This document shows positions 24,705 through 37,195 of a stretch of 64,000 nt of DNA, one piece after another (within the stretch, counting starts at the first letter, position 1; every line of letters starts with the position of its first letter). A program made the position numbers and the translations under genes. The notes beneath the pieces are model-generated. The model had not been told where the DNA came from. It worked only from the letters and a program-made list of their open reading frames with translations, and did no database searches. The stretch covers positions 1,056,826 through 1,120,825 of the forward strand of contig MU053561.1 of the NCBI GenBank assembly GCA_013239625.1. The letters run 5' to 3'. The DNA is from Lama guanicoe. Taxonomy: Eukaryota.

Positions 24705-25078
24705 AATAGTGGCCCCTGGACCAGTATCACCTGAGAACTTGTTGAAAATGCAAATTCTCAGGCCCTGCCCCAAACCTACAGAATTAGAAACTCTGGTGTG
24801 GAATCAGCGATCTATGCTTTAACAAGCCCTGCAGGTGATTCTCATGCACTTTGAAGTTTAAGAATCACTACTCTGGGTACCTCAGAATAAGGAATTTGGA
24901 TTGTATGTTTGGTTTTCAATCCTGGTTTGCACACTAGAACCATTTGGAGAGTTTTGAAAACAATACGGATATGGAACTTCCGTGTCGCTCAAATTCTCAT
25001 GTCATTGGTCTGAGGTGGGATCCTGCAATTTCAGTAGTTTTTAAAGCTCAAAGCCTCTCCTAGCTTTAGAATCACTGA
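24705..25078. mobile_element. MER5A and an adjacent MER5-like hAT-Charlie element
   Basis: atcacctgagaacttgttgaaaatgcaaattctcaggccctgcccc...aacaagccctgcaggtgattctcatgcac...tttaagaatcact. A second similar copy ends tttagaatcactg. Confidence 0.8.
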
Positions 25079-26041
25079 CCTAACTCAATTTCTCATCTTC
25101 CTGATAAAGAAACTGAAACCCAGAGAGGGGATGTGATGTGCCCTAGGTCACAGGGAAGGTTAATGTGGCAAAGCTGTGAGTGGAATGCAGTTCTCTTGCC
25201 TTGATGACCTGTTTGGCTACTTGTCCTCATGAATATCCCAAATGCAAAGACTGTACTTACTATCTGTGTTTCAGTCTCTGAGCCAGGGCAGGTTATTATA
25301 ATTAGGGAGATTAGCAGAGCCTCTGGATCTCAGTGAGTCAGTTTCAAGTTAGCCTTGCTTTGTGCTGACCCAGCTCTTTCAATTGTGCTCATGTCTTTCA
25401 TATGATACACTTCAACCCCATATCCCAGTTGCTACTACCTGGGCCTCTCTGCTCAGCCCTCCCAGGCCTCAACCTTGACATGGCATCCTGCTCCAGGGCC
25501 CCATTTCCTCTGAGATTAAGGTCCTGAAATTTGGCATGCTGTATTTTTGGATGGAAGATTTAATATGGCGAAGCAAGCAACCATCTCAAGTTAAAATCCA
25601 TCTTTAATGCATTTCCACTGAGAATGGGAAAAGCTGAGTGAGTGGGTTTTAATGCTGAATACCAGAGGTCTTACTGGAAAGTGAATTTGATGGCAAGAAA
25701 TGGCAAAGTGACTATTGGAAGATTTATTTTATTTTTTTGAAAAATAAGACTTACTAAAGCTCTTCCACAGAGAAGCAAAAGAATTTAGTTTTCTTTTTTG
25801 GTCACCCTCTTTGTCCTCTCTTTCAGAGTGAGTGAGTATGTGTGTGTGTGTGCACGCCTATGTATGCGTGCACAGGTGGAATCTCTTAGCCTAAGTCTGC
25901 TGAGTTAAGGGAAAGCATTGGTTTTGTAAAAATCAGCTTATCTTGGATATTGGAAGGTACCTCGTTCACGGCTTGCATCTGGCCAAGATGACTCATCTGA
26001 AAAGGCCTCTGCGTCAGTGGTATTTATGTTTTCTCTTGCAG

Positions 26042-26826
26042 GGGGCAGCACAGGCACTTCCCCAACCACCTCCAGCACTGGGACACCATCGCCTTCAGCT
26101 TCTTCTCACCTTTTATCTCCATCCTGTTCTCCTCCAACATTTCACCTGGCCCCCAACACTTTCAACGTGGGCTGTCGAGAGAGCCAGCTGTGCAATCTAA
26201 ACCTCTCCGATTACCCACCATGTGCCCGGAGCAACATGGCTGCCTTGCAGAGCTACCCGGGGCTGAGTGACAGTGGCTACAACAGGCTCCAGAGTGGCAC
26301 TGCTTCGGCCACTCAGCCCTCCGAAACCTTCATGCCTCAGCGGACTCCATCCCTGATCTCAGGAATACCAACTCCTCCCTCGTTGCCTAGCAACGGCAAG
26401 ATGGAAGCCTACGGTGGCCAGCTGGGGTCCTTCCCCACCTCCCAGTTTCAGTATGTCATGCAGGCGGGCAACGCCGCCTCCAGCTCGTCCTCACCACACA
26501 TGTTTGGGGGCAGCCACATGCAGCAGAGCTCCTACAATGCCTTCTCTCTCCACAACCCTTACAATCTGTATGGATACAATTTCCCCACTTCCCCTAGGCT
26601 AGCCGCAAGCCCAGAAAAACTGAGCGCCTCTCAAAGCACTTTACTCTGTTCTTCTCCTTCCAACGGGGCCTTCGGAGAGAGGCAGTACCTGCCCACGGGG
26701 ATGGAGCACAGCATGCACATGATTAGCCCTTCGCCCGGTAATCAGCAGGCGACTAACACCTGTGACGGCCGGCAGTACGCGGCGGTCCCCGGCTCCTCCT
26801 CTCAGATGTCCGTTCACATGGTTTAG
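26042..26826 (+). CDS. TBX15: TBX15 last exon, coding part (785 bp, Ser/Pro-rich C-terminus)
   Basis: Acceptor ttttctcttgcag at 26041. Open frame GGSTGTSPTTSSTG...SSQMSVHMV ending at TAG 26824-26826, recognised as the TBX15 C-terminus. In frame with the previous exon (G+GG). Confidence 0.97.
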
Positions 26827-28525
26827 TGGCCAGTCCAGGCAGCACGGAGCCAACCGCAGCCAAGGCCCCAGAGTCTCCATGGGCAGATCCTCCTCTCTGG
26901 GAGCCTTTGAAAAACAGAAACTGTGTATTATTATTAATATATATATATATAATTTTTTTTTCTGGAGGAGGAAAGCACACCCCAGGAACAAGAGACATTT
27001 AAGCCACTGAAGGCTACTTGCGGTGGAATCGTCTCCAACTCAGTGGCCATTCCCTGCCTTCCCAAATGTTAGTTTTATAAGGCATCGCCTACTCCAGAGT
27101 GGCCTTTGAAGAAACTGAATACTCATTTTATAATAATGTTAAGGGAGATGCTAGCATGTAGCAGTCACGAGAATTTACCCACAAATACAGACCTACCTAT
27201 ACCTACATGCATACACACGTACATCTATATCCATACACAAACTCATCCACACACAAACACACGTGCACACTGACACAGAACTGGGTGAACTCTGCAGAGG
27301 GAAGCCCGGAATGGGTGCTTTCACCAAGCATTTGTCTGTGTACAACACTCGATGAACTGGGCCAGCAGTAGCTGCCAGCCTTTCTCCCCTGCAGCTTCCA
27401 CTGTTCCTGGAATGAACCCCTGGAACCCCTTCCCATCAGTGAGGGTGGAAAGACATCAGTACTACGCCTGGACTTGGCTTCCTGAAGAAGATTGCTTTTG
27501 AACTTTGGCTCTCTTCATTTGGTGCGCTGTCATCGCAGTGGTGCCCGTGAAAAGAGGGATTAAGTGCAGCTGCGTGAGAGCGAGAGAGAGAGAAAGAGAG
27601 AGAATGAGAAGGAGAAGGAATAGAGAGCAAGAGAGAGGTGGAGAGCAAGGCTGAACGAGGAAGTGTGAGCAGTGATGAGAGTTTGAATTCACCAAGGATG
27701 TGTTTTGGGGGTTTTTCCCCTCCTCCCCTGCCCCCCGTACAGGTTATGGAAAGAGTCTTGGAGTTTTGGGGTGTCAACCTCTCTGGGACACTGTGCACGG
27801 TCAGGGCACTGGTGAGTAGGACCGGGGCGAGGAAGGCATCTCCATCCCACAGTGCTGACCATCGTGACCCAGGAGAGAGGAGCACCACGCGGGAAGTGCC
27901 AACGCCAGAGCCAGCAGTCTGGCAGGGGAAGGACATAGAAGGAGTATGAGGAAGGAAGACTTCTGTAATCCCGACTGAGGATCCCAGGAACAGAGGTGAC
28001 ACACGGAGCCCTGGCCTTCCTGATGCCAGCTCCTGACGCCTGACCTGGGTCTTGGGCCGCATTGCCGCTGTGGCAGGAGGAATTGCCCCTGTTCCAGGGA
28101 ATTGCAGACGGGCCTTCTACAGCCTTCCAGCTGCCCTTAGGGCTCCATTTTTATCAAATAGTTCATTGCATTTTGACGTTTTGGGTTTTTTTCCTTCATT
28201 TTCCCTTCCCCTTCAAATCCTTTAATGATAAGAAAACAAGTGAAGTTTGGTGCAAGCGAAAGTTTTTCAGTGGTGTGGAAATGCAAATACCCAGTAAAAT
28301 AATACAGATATTATGAAGATTTTTGGTTTTGAGGTGTTGTAGATAAATGTATTTATGTGCCTAGTGGGGAATCCAATATTATGAATATTAAAAAAAGGGG
28401 GCAATCAAAAGGGTATGTAAAATATGTATGAAGAAAAGGTGTATAAAAGTTTGCCCTTATGCACGGAACTCTGTTTCTAAGTGCCAAGCACAGAAAGCCG
28501 CTAAATAAAATCTTTGCAATTGTCT
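26827..28525 (+). other. TBX15: TBX15 3' UTR (end approximate)
   Basis: Runs from the stop codon to the AATAAA at 28504, with no obvious interspersed repeat and an AU-rich distal part. Confidence 0.75.
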
Positions 28526-28548
28526 TCTGTGTATCTGTTCATGTGGAA
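28504..28548 (+). terminator. Polyadenylation signal AATAAA with downstream GU-rich element
   Basis: AATAAA at 28504-28509, followed ~12-40 nt later by tgtcttctgtgtatctgttcatgtg. Confidence 0.8.
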
Positions 28549-29929
28549 TATGCAGATAGCAGCCTGTGCATTTGCTTCGTGCTTTACAATGAGCACAGCA
28601 CTCTCATCTGTACTACATAATAGGATCTTTATTCAGACCGCATGAAGTCTATACTATCATCCTCATTTTATGATGAGTAACTACGCTGCAGAGAGACTGG
28701 ATATCTGGGATCACACCACCTGTCAGAGAGGGAATGAGGACTTGAAACCAGGGCTGACTCCAGTGGGAGTCAGCTGCAGAAAACTGAGTCCAGTAGCAAT
28801 CCAAGTGCCAGGTGTTATACTGTGTGTTGTAGATGAGTATCTTATCGAATCCTCCCACAATACTGTGACAGGTGTCATTTTTATTATCATTTGAAAACAT
28901 AAACTGGATAAAGAATTGTCAAGAATATACTCTACCCAATTATCTTTCATGAAATAGTGAAAATGTATTTTAATTGGCGCAATGACTGCATACAAAGGGC
29001 TATAAAAAGAGTATTCTTCTGTGAGTTAAGATGCTCCACCCTTGCTCATGCTTTTGAGGAAAGCCTATCTTATTCCTCTTTGATCCTCAACACCCTAATA
29101 AGAATCTCAATGCATTTTCATTCTTATTGTTGAATTTGTTGGTCAAACTCATTTTTCAAGGATACTGCAAAATGGTTACTTGGGTGAATTTGCTTCAAAT
29201 TAATGGGACACAAATTACCAAAGATTTATTGTTCTTCACATCATGTTCTGTGACAGACTAATGCAAATTTACTTTAGATACTAGCTTGGCAGCATCCATT
29301 AAACATAATAGAGGGTTTTAAAAATACACGTCATAGCCTTGTCCTTGAAAAGGTTCACTTTTCAGGCAGTCATGCACATGTGAAGCAAATAGATAGAAGA
29401 GGCTCTGAAAATTCAGAGAAGATGCTCAGTATAAGAAGGTGAAGTCAGGATGGCTTTCACTGGGGAGGTAGAACTTAAACGAGATTTGAAGGATGTTCAA
29501 AATTTTTATAGAAGTAAGGAATGATGGGTTAAGAATGAAATAACATTTAAAAAGTCAATACAGTATATAAGTTTTGGAGGAAAATTAGTAACATCTCAAT
29601 TCAAACCTAGCAACTTAATAAAACCAGAGATATAGAGAAGCTTCCTGCAGTTTATAGACTAATATCCTCTTCTATGAAATATTTTATCATTAGTGCGAGT
29701 GTTGAGGGCTGAGATGGAAGCACAGAGCTGCTTGGCTGATGACAAATATTTGACTTATTGCTTAGTTCTTAGGATTTCAGACAGACTCTGCTGTACCAAT
29801 TTATATTCAATAAACCAAAGGAGAGTTGTCCTCCCAAGGAAACCCAGCCACAAAGATACATTTTCACAAGGCTTTTCTGCTTATGATTGTCAACTGGAGT
29901 TCTGATTTCCAAAAAGGGCCATGCCTGGG

Positions 29930-30280
29930 ACCAGCTTCATTCATTAAGTCCAGTAAATATGTATGTTTTAATATTTTTATTGAAACATAAATACATATTT
30001 AATGCCTATTCTACATCAAGCACTGTCTCCACTCGATGTGAGGACATAGACATGAACAATTAAACTTGACCCTGCTTTCCAGGAGCTCGTGGTCAGATGT
30101 GAGAGTGATGTGGAACATACTACCAAACAAATGAATACTATGATTTCAGATTGCAAAAGATCATTTTGAGGAAATGAAAAATAACAAGATGATAGAAAGA
30201 GTGATTGGGGAATGAGGATAAAGGCTCATTTAGACCGTGCTTTCTAAGAAGGTTACTCTAAGCAGATGACATTCGAATAA
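29930..30280 (-). mobile_element. L2 LINE 3' fragment
   Basis: ttcattcatt...atatttaatgcctattct...gacatagacatgaacaa...ccctgctttccaggagctc...agatgacattcgaa. Confidence 0.6.
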
Positions 30281-30369
30281 GTACAAATGTAGACATTTAT
30301 CTTAGAACTTGCTTCCTCCGTTTTATGCCAAGGGCATCCGTATCCTCACTGGAAGATGTGCTCTACTAG

Positions 30370-30942
30370 TGTTAGGTATGTAGATAAGTGGGGGCACCAG
30401 GCGGATAGGTGGAGGAGAGGGAGGATGGTCCACAAGGTGGTATTATGCCTGCCTCCAGCATAAAGGGACTTTACTTCTTCTAAATGAGTGCCAGCAAAAA
30501 AACCCCAAAAAACAAAAACCAGCTGGTTATAACCCGACAGCCACGACTGTGCGGTAGCAGAAAGGACTTAACCAGACATGTCCAATGTTCATTGCATTAT
30601 AATTAACATTGCGATTAGCCTCCCCTACCTCCACGGGTTTTTCTGTTTACACCAAGGGTAAGGACATGCGCAGAGGGCCCAAACATGACTAAGCATTCCA
30701 GGGGCAAGAGCCGTCAGTCAATCAAAACACCACCTCTAAGCAAGGATATAAGAGAAAGAGGAGACAAAAACTGCCACTTTTTCCTACCTTGGATCAGCCC
30801 GCTTCCCAGTCTTGGGGGTGTACTTTTCCTTTCCTTTCAAATAAATCTTTGAAGTCTTTCGCTACACAGCACACTGTGTTCCAACTGCAAACTTGTCTTT
30901 TGGGTATGATAAGAACTGCGGCCTCTACCTTTTAGGGTAATA
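30370..30942 (+). mobile_element. Solo ERV LTR (ERV1-like, 573 bp)
   Basis: Begins TGTTA and ends TAATA (degenerate TAACA). Flanked by a 4-bp TSD CTAG (30366-30369 / 30943-30946). Internal TATA-like tataag at 30747 and AATAAA at 30840. Confidence 0.8.
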
Positions 30943-31884
30943 CTAGCTTCACATCAGTTTGTCTTCCCAAGGGCTTTGTAGCACTGATATTTACTTACTG
31001 AAATACCAGCAAGTAAATGCCGCTGGCCTTCTGGGACTGGGACCATTTAGACACTCTTTGAATCTGAATGTATCTTTTACATGGTCCCAATAAAGTCCTA
31101 TTTTCATGACTTCCTTGGCAGAGGATGAGAGTCATCCCTTCCATCTGACTTTATTAAAAAGTTAAAATGAATGCTCAAACAACCAATTAATCAGATTAAT
31201 AATGAACAATAGTAATGAGAAAAATACTAAATATGCCTTTGCATTCTACAATTTTCTCAGAACTATTCTATGTTACACAGAAACACCAAAAATTTCTACC
31301 TTCAAGAAGACTTCAGCCTGGCTGAGGAGTCAAGATATATGCATATGCAACAGTGAGCAATAAAAGCATTAAATTGGTGGTAAAGACAATAAAGGGCAGA
31401 ATTTTAGAATGAAGCAAATTTTTACTGAGTGTTTATTACATGTTACACATTATGCAAGGCTATCCTATAATCCTTGCAACCACCCTATAGGATTTGTATT
31501 TCAATCTCTATTTTATAGATGAGGAAACTGAAATTCAAGGAGGTTTAGTAATGCTCACAAAAATCAAGAGCTTGCATGCAGCAAAGACAGGGCTCCAACC
31601 TAGGCTTTGCCACTACTGTGTTTTTCCAAAAATGAGATTTATTGGGTCAATAATAAAGAGAAGTGCTCATGGAGAATTCATAGAAACTGCAGAGAAGGGA
31701 GGGTGTCCCGCCGATGTGAGGGTGGGAAGCAACACAGTCGAGACAAGTATTCCCCGTATGAGACAATGTGTGATGGTGGTGGGATTGGAGGTGAGGATGT
31801 TCACACTCCTAGGGCAAATCTTGAAAATCTCAAGTACATTCTCCCTGCTGTTCCTTGTCCCATGACTCTGGAGTTCCTTTTCTT

Positions 31885-32100
31885 TCTTTTCTTTTTTTTA
31901 AAATTGAAGTAGTTGGTTTGCAATATTGTGTTGATTTCTGGTGTACAGCATAGTGATTCAGTTGTACATATATGTATTTCTTTTCAGAGTTTTTTTTATT
32001 ATAGGCTATTACAAGGTATTAAATATAGTTCCTTGTGCTACACAGTAGGACCTTGTTGTTCCTCTATTTTATATATAGTGGTTTGTATCTGCTAATCCCT
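31885..32100 (-). mobile_element. 5'-truncated L1 3' tail
   Basis: T-rich tail then aattgaagtagttggtttgcaatattgtgttgatttctggtgtacagcatagtgattcag...gtatctgctaatccc. Shared flank ccttttctt. Confidence 0.85.
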
Positions 32101-32294
32101 GATGGACGCCCTTTTCTTAAGTAAGATGTCCTAGCTCTGTGTATGGTCAGGCCACCCAAAGTGGCTGTTCTCTTGCTCTCTGCACACCCCAGCTCGACCT
32201 GTGCCTGCTTCACTGACACCCCACTCACAAGACCGACTTTATTACATACTTGCCCCAGGCCCCAGCTGCTAGCAATTGTTTTAACTTTCCATTC

Positions 32295-32470
32295 GAACTC
32301 TACACAAAGGGGCGGTGAGGGGCGTGCCCCTCTGCTGGTTTCCCTGGTAACTGATGAGCCCACTTGATGTCAATTTCCCGCGTAACCTCCCCCTCCCACC
32401 CGGAAGTGAAGGCGGCCGCCATTTTCTGCCGTCGCGGCCGTGTTCTACCCGCTGTCCGCTGCACATGTTG
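32295..32470. promoter_or_regulatory. Small CpG-rich promoter-like element with SP/KLF, E2F, ETS and YY1 motifs
   Basis: GGGGCGG 32309, GGGGCGTG 32319, TTTCCCGC 32374, CCGGAAGTG 32400, GCCGCCATTTT 32415. About 14 CpG in ~170 bp, counted by eye. Confidence 0.65.
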
Positions 32471-32919
32471 GGGAGTTGCTCCAGAGCCCTGCTTCAGAAA
32501 TGTAAGCTCCCCCATCCATTTAAGCATTGTTGTCTCTGGGCTGTTTCTTCGGTCTTGAATTCGGTGTTGAAGCTGGGCAAGTACAGGGCTTGTAGGCCTG
32601 CGGGGTGAAGCCCAACACGCTGTCTCTTGGGCAATTTGGGATTCCCTCCAGTGTCTCAGTGGGAGCCTTCACCCTGGGAAGGACCAGTGGGGACTAGGAG
32701 GTGATGGAGGAGTCAGGCGACATCCCCCCAACACTCCCACCCCACCCCTCTCCCCCAGCCAGGGCGCCGGGGTAGGTTCAGCTGCCGGGATCCTTATATC
32801 TGTGCTCCGCAGAGCCCTTTGCTTTCCCCACCCTGTGCCGGGTGGGATGGTGAAAGGTGAAACTTGCTGCTTAAAGCTGAGAAAACATTCATCATGTTTT
32901 CCTTCTTAGCTCATTTTAC

Positions 32920-33403
32920 TGTGAAGGGGAGCAGAATATGCCACCCCAAATATGCCACTTTGGCATGGGGATGATTTGCAGCTGAAGGTGATTGAGACTC
33001 AGCAGATTTTGGAAAAACTTTTACCTTTCCTTCAGTTACCTAAATGACTCTAGATAGGGGGCCTGTAGTAGAAAAAATATATTACCAGAGACGCTTTTGT
33101 TTGTTTGTTTGTTTTAATCTGAAAGACTTCCATGCATGGCAGGGCAAACTTCTAACTACCAAACGTCAGCTGTTCTTACTTTCGGTGAATTATCCGTGTC
33201 CCCTTGGAAACCCCAGGCTCCTAGTACAGGCTTCCTCCTAGCTCAGGAAGGCATATAAGCCTTGCTCGTTAGTCTCATATTTTGGGGGGCTTCTGCATAT
33301 ATGGAGTTAAATTTGTTTCTCTTCTGTTAATCTGTCTTATGTCAATTTAATTATTGAATCAAAGAACCTCAGAGGTAAGAAGAGAAAATTTTCTGCCCCT
33401 ATA
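32920..33403 (+). mobile_element. ERV1 solo LTR, MER34/MER4-group-like
   Basis: Starts tgtgaaggggagcagaatatgccaccccaaatatgccactttggcat and ends ...agagaaaattttctgcccctata. Confidence 0.7.
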
Positions 33404-34394
33404 ACTGCTCATGGCATTTATCTTTTATGGGTCAACCTAACAGCATTTCCTGCTTCAGATGCTCCCTACTCATACTTTTTACTTTTATGAAACTTTCTTG
33501 CAGGCCCTGTAGAGTCACAGAAAACCAAAGAGATTTTTGAATCCTTGTTAGTACTTTTACTCAATGAAGCTGAAACAGACAAAAGGGGCTGCTAAAGGAT
33601 GGCCAAGTCCACCTCCTGCAGATCTCATTCTAGGAGAAGTTCCTGGACTCCATGAAGAGGAATCTTGGCGTTCTCTGCTTCTTGGCACACTGCACATGCT
33701 GCTTCTACCCATGGGCAGGTAAAGTCCCTCCTAAGCTGTCTCTGGGTTATGTAACAGATAAACCCCCAAATATTAACACATTGATGTTAATTGCTCACTC
33801 AACTCACAATCTGACATGGGCTTCCTGGTTATGTGGCTCTTGAAGCAGTGATTCTGAGAACCAGGCTCCTTCCAGACTCTGCTGTCTTCAACTTATAGCT
33901 TGGTACCTCTCCATCCAGGTAGCAGATGAAGGAATAATGGAGACTGGAACTTGGGAGATATTTATAAGCCAGGCTTGGAGTTGGTTATATGACTTCCTCC
34001 CCACTTTTTGGTTAGAACTATAATGGCCACATCTAACTGCAGGAGAAGCTGGAAAATATACTCTAGTTGAGTATCTAGGAAGAAAAGGAAACAGATTTGC
34101 TAGGTATGAACTAGGGAGTCTCTGCAGGTCCCCGAGCTGATCTAGACTTGTTTTCTGAGACCTGCTTTTCCTATAAACCCAGCAGTTAAGGGTGAGGCTA
34201 ACTTCTGGTCCCAGCTTCCTGAATGTTTAGAAAAACAACCCAAAGCAGTTAACTTTACCCCACTAACGGTCAGCTCTTCAGTAAGATATATCTTTCAGTA
34301 GGAGTTCCTTCCCATTCTCCTAAAACATCTTGAGAATTTGTAAAATGCAGAGTGAGCTTTTCTCAAGTGGTAATAACTCTAAAACAAGGACAAT

Positions 34395-34590
34395 TTTATC
34401 AAGTGCTTATTACATGCCAGCCAAGTGCTTTACATATATCATCTTACTTAATTCTCAACAACAGTCTTTTGAGATGGATACTATTATTATGCCCATATAA
34501 TAGCCAAGAGAAAAATTACAGAGAGGCTAAAAATCTTGCCCAAGCTCACACTCAAGCAGTCTCATTCAGAGCCTACACTTTTAATTAATA
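34395..34590 (-). mobile_element. MIR SINE
   Basis: caagtgcttattacatgccagccaagtgctttacat...ttaattctcaacaacag...agagaggctaaaaatcttgcccaagctcacac. Confidence 0.75.
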
Positions 34591-34721
34591 TAAGCTATTA
34601 ATTAAAGCAGGTTTTTTGTTTGTTTTTTTTTCATATTTACTTGGGCAAAATGCTAAGAATGCTCTACATAAGTCATCTTCTGTGCCCCAGAAGGCTTATT
34701 GTATAGAAGGAATAGCCTCTT

Positions 34722-37195
34722 TTTTTTCTTTTTAATTTTAATTTTTTAAAATTGAAGTATAGTTGATCTACAATGTTGTGTAAGTTTCTGGTGTACAGCA
34801 AAGTGATTCTGTTTTTTATATATATATATATTTTTTTTTTTTTTGCTGGAAGCTTTTAAGTTGAAATTAGTTTACAACGTTGTAGTCAATTTCTGGTATA
34901 CAGCAAAGTGATTCAGTTATATTTATGTGTATATATTCGTATATTCTTTTTCAGATTATTTTCCATTATGGTTTATTACAAGTTATTGAATATAATTCCC
35001 TATGCTATACAATAGGACCTTGTTGTTTATCAGTTTTTTATAGAGTAGTTTGTATCTGCTAATCCCAAACTTGCAATTTATCTCCCCACCCTTTTCCCCT
35101 TTGGTAACTGTAAGTTTGTTTTCTGTGTCTGTGAATCTGTTTCTATTTTGTGAATAAGTTCATTTGTATTATTACTATTTTTTTTAGATTCCACATGTAA
35201 GTGATTTCGTATATTTGTCCTTTTCTGCCTTACTTCACTTGCTATGTTAATATCTAGGTCCATCCATGTTGCTGCAAATGGCATTGTTCATTCTTTTTTA
35301 TGGCTGAGTAGTATTCCATTGTGTATATATACCACAACTTCTTTATCTTGTCATCTGTTGGTGGACATTTAGGTTGTTTCCATGTCTTGGTTATTGTGAA
35401 TAGTGCTGCTATGAGTATTGGGTTGCCTGTGTCTTGTCTTTTTGTATTAATTTATTTTTTATTGAAAAGTAGTCAGTTTAAAGTGTATCAATTTCTGGTA
35501 TACAGCATGTTTCAGTCATGCATGTACATAAATATACTCGTTTTCATAATTTTTGTCATTATAGTTTACTATAAGATATCGAATATAGTTCCTTGTGCAA
35601 TGCAGAAGAAACTTGTTTATCTATTTTATATATACTAGTTAGTATTTGCAAATCTTGAACTCCCAGTTTATCCCTTCCCACCCTCTTTCCCTGCATAACC
35701 ATAAGTTTGTTTTCTACATCTGTGAGTCTGTTTCTGTTTTGTAGATAAGCTCATTTGTGTCTTTTTTTCCTTGTTTTAGATTCCATGTATGAGTGATATT
35801 ATATGGATTTTTTCTCTTTCTGGCTTACTTCACTTAGATTGACAATATCCAGATCCATTCATGTTGCTGCAAATGGCATTATTTTATTTTTTATGGCTGA
35901 GTAGTATTCCATTGTGTAAATACATCACAACTTCTTTATCCAGTCATCTGTCAGTGGACACTTGGGTTGTTTCCATGTCTTGGCTATTGTAAATAGTGCT
36001 TCTGTGAACACTGGGGTGCATGTATCTTTTTGAATTAGAGTTCCATTTCCATCTGGATATATGCCAGCAATCCCACTTGCTGGATTGCTAGATCATACGA
36101 TAAGTCTATTTTTAGTTTTTCAGGGGATCTTCATACTATTTTCCATAATGGCTGCACCAGACTACATTCCCACCAACAGTGTAGGAGGTTTCCCTTTTCT
36201 ACACATCCTCTCCATTATTTATTGTTTGTGTTGACTTTTGAATGAGGGCCATTGTGACTGGTGTGAGGTGATACCTCGTTGTAGTTTTGATTTGCATGTC
36301 TCTGATAATTAAAGATATTGAGCATTTTTTTCATGTGCCTATTGGCCATGTGTATGTCTTTATTGGAGTAGTGTCTATTTAATTCTTTTGCCTATTTTTG
36401 GATTGGGTTTTTTTTTAAGTTGTATGACCTGTTTATGTATTCTGGAAATTAAGCTCTTATCTTATTATAAACATCATTAGCAAATATTTTCCCCCATTCT
36501 GTAGGATGTCTCTTTGTTTACTTTATGGTTTCCTTTCCTGTGCAAAAGGTTATAGGTTAGATTAGGTCCTGTTTGTTTATTTTTGCTGTATTTCTTTTCC
36601 TTAGGGAGACTGACCTAAAAAAACATTGCTAAGATTTATGTCAGAGAATATTTTGCCTGTATTCTTTTCTAGTAGTTTAATGGTGTCATGTCTTGTATTT
36701 AAGTCTTTAAGCCATTTTGAGTTTACTTTTGTGTATGGTGTGAGGGAGTGTCCTAACTTCATTGATTTACGTGCGGCTAATTTTCCCAGCACCACTGGTT
36801 GAAGAGACTGTCTTTTCTCCATTATATATTCTTGCCTCCTTTGTCAAAGATGAATTGACTGTATTTGTGTGGATTTATTTCTGGGCACTCTGTTCTGTTC
36901 CATTGATCCATGTGTCTGTTTTTGTGCCAGTACCAGGCTGTTGTGATTACTGTCATTCTGTAGTACTGTCTGAATGGAGGGTTATGCCACCAGCTTTGTT
37001 CTTTTTCCTGAGGATTGCTTTGGCAATTCTGGGCCTTTTATGGTTCCATGTAAATTTTAGGATTGTTTGTTCTAATTTTGTGAAAAATGTCATGGGTAAT
37101 TTGATAAAGGAATGCATTAAATCTGTAGATTGCCTTGGGTAGTATGGCCAGTTTTAACAACGTTAATTCTTCCAATCCAAGAGCATGAAGTATCT
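34722..37195 (-). mobile_element. Composite L1 insertion (three stacked 3' ends plus an ORF2 C-terminal remnant)
   Basis: Reverse L1 3' UTR and ORF2 sequence (minus ORFs MPFAATWMDL..., ...[18 protein letters not shown]...). Bounded by aggaatagcctctt (34708-34721) and aggaataacctctt (37196-37209). Confidence 0.92.

Noticed and set aside
26017..26041. GTG start and N-terminal MVFMFSLA of the 269-aa ORF
   Set aside because: This is intronic pyrimidine tract; the exon starts at 26042 after the AG.
27436..28062. 208-aa antisense ORF in the 3' UTR
   Set aside because: Partly produced by the GA repeat; no coding signature.
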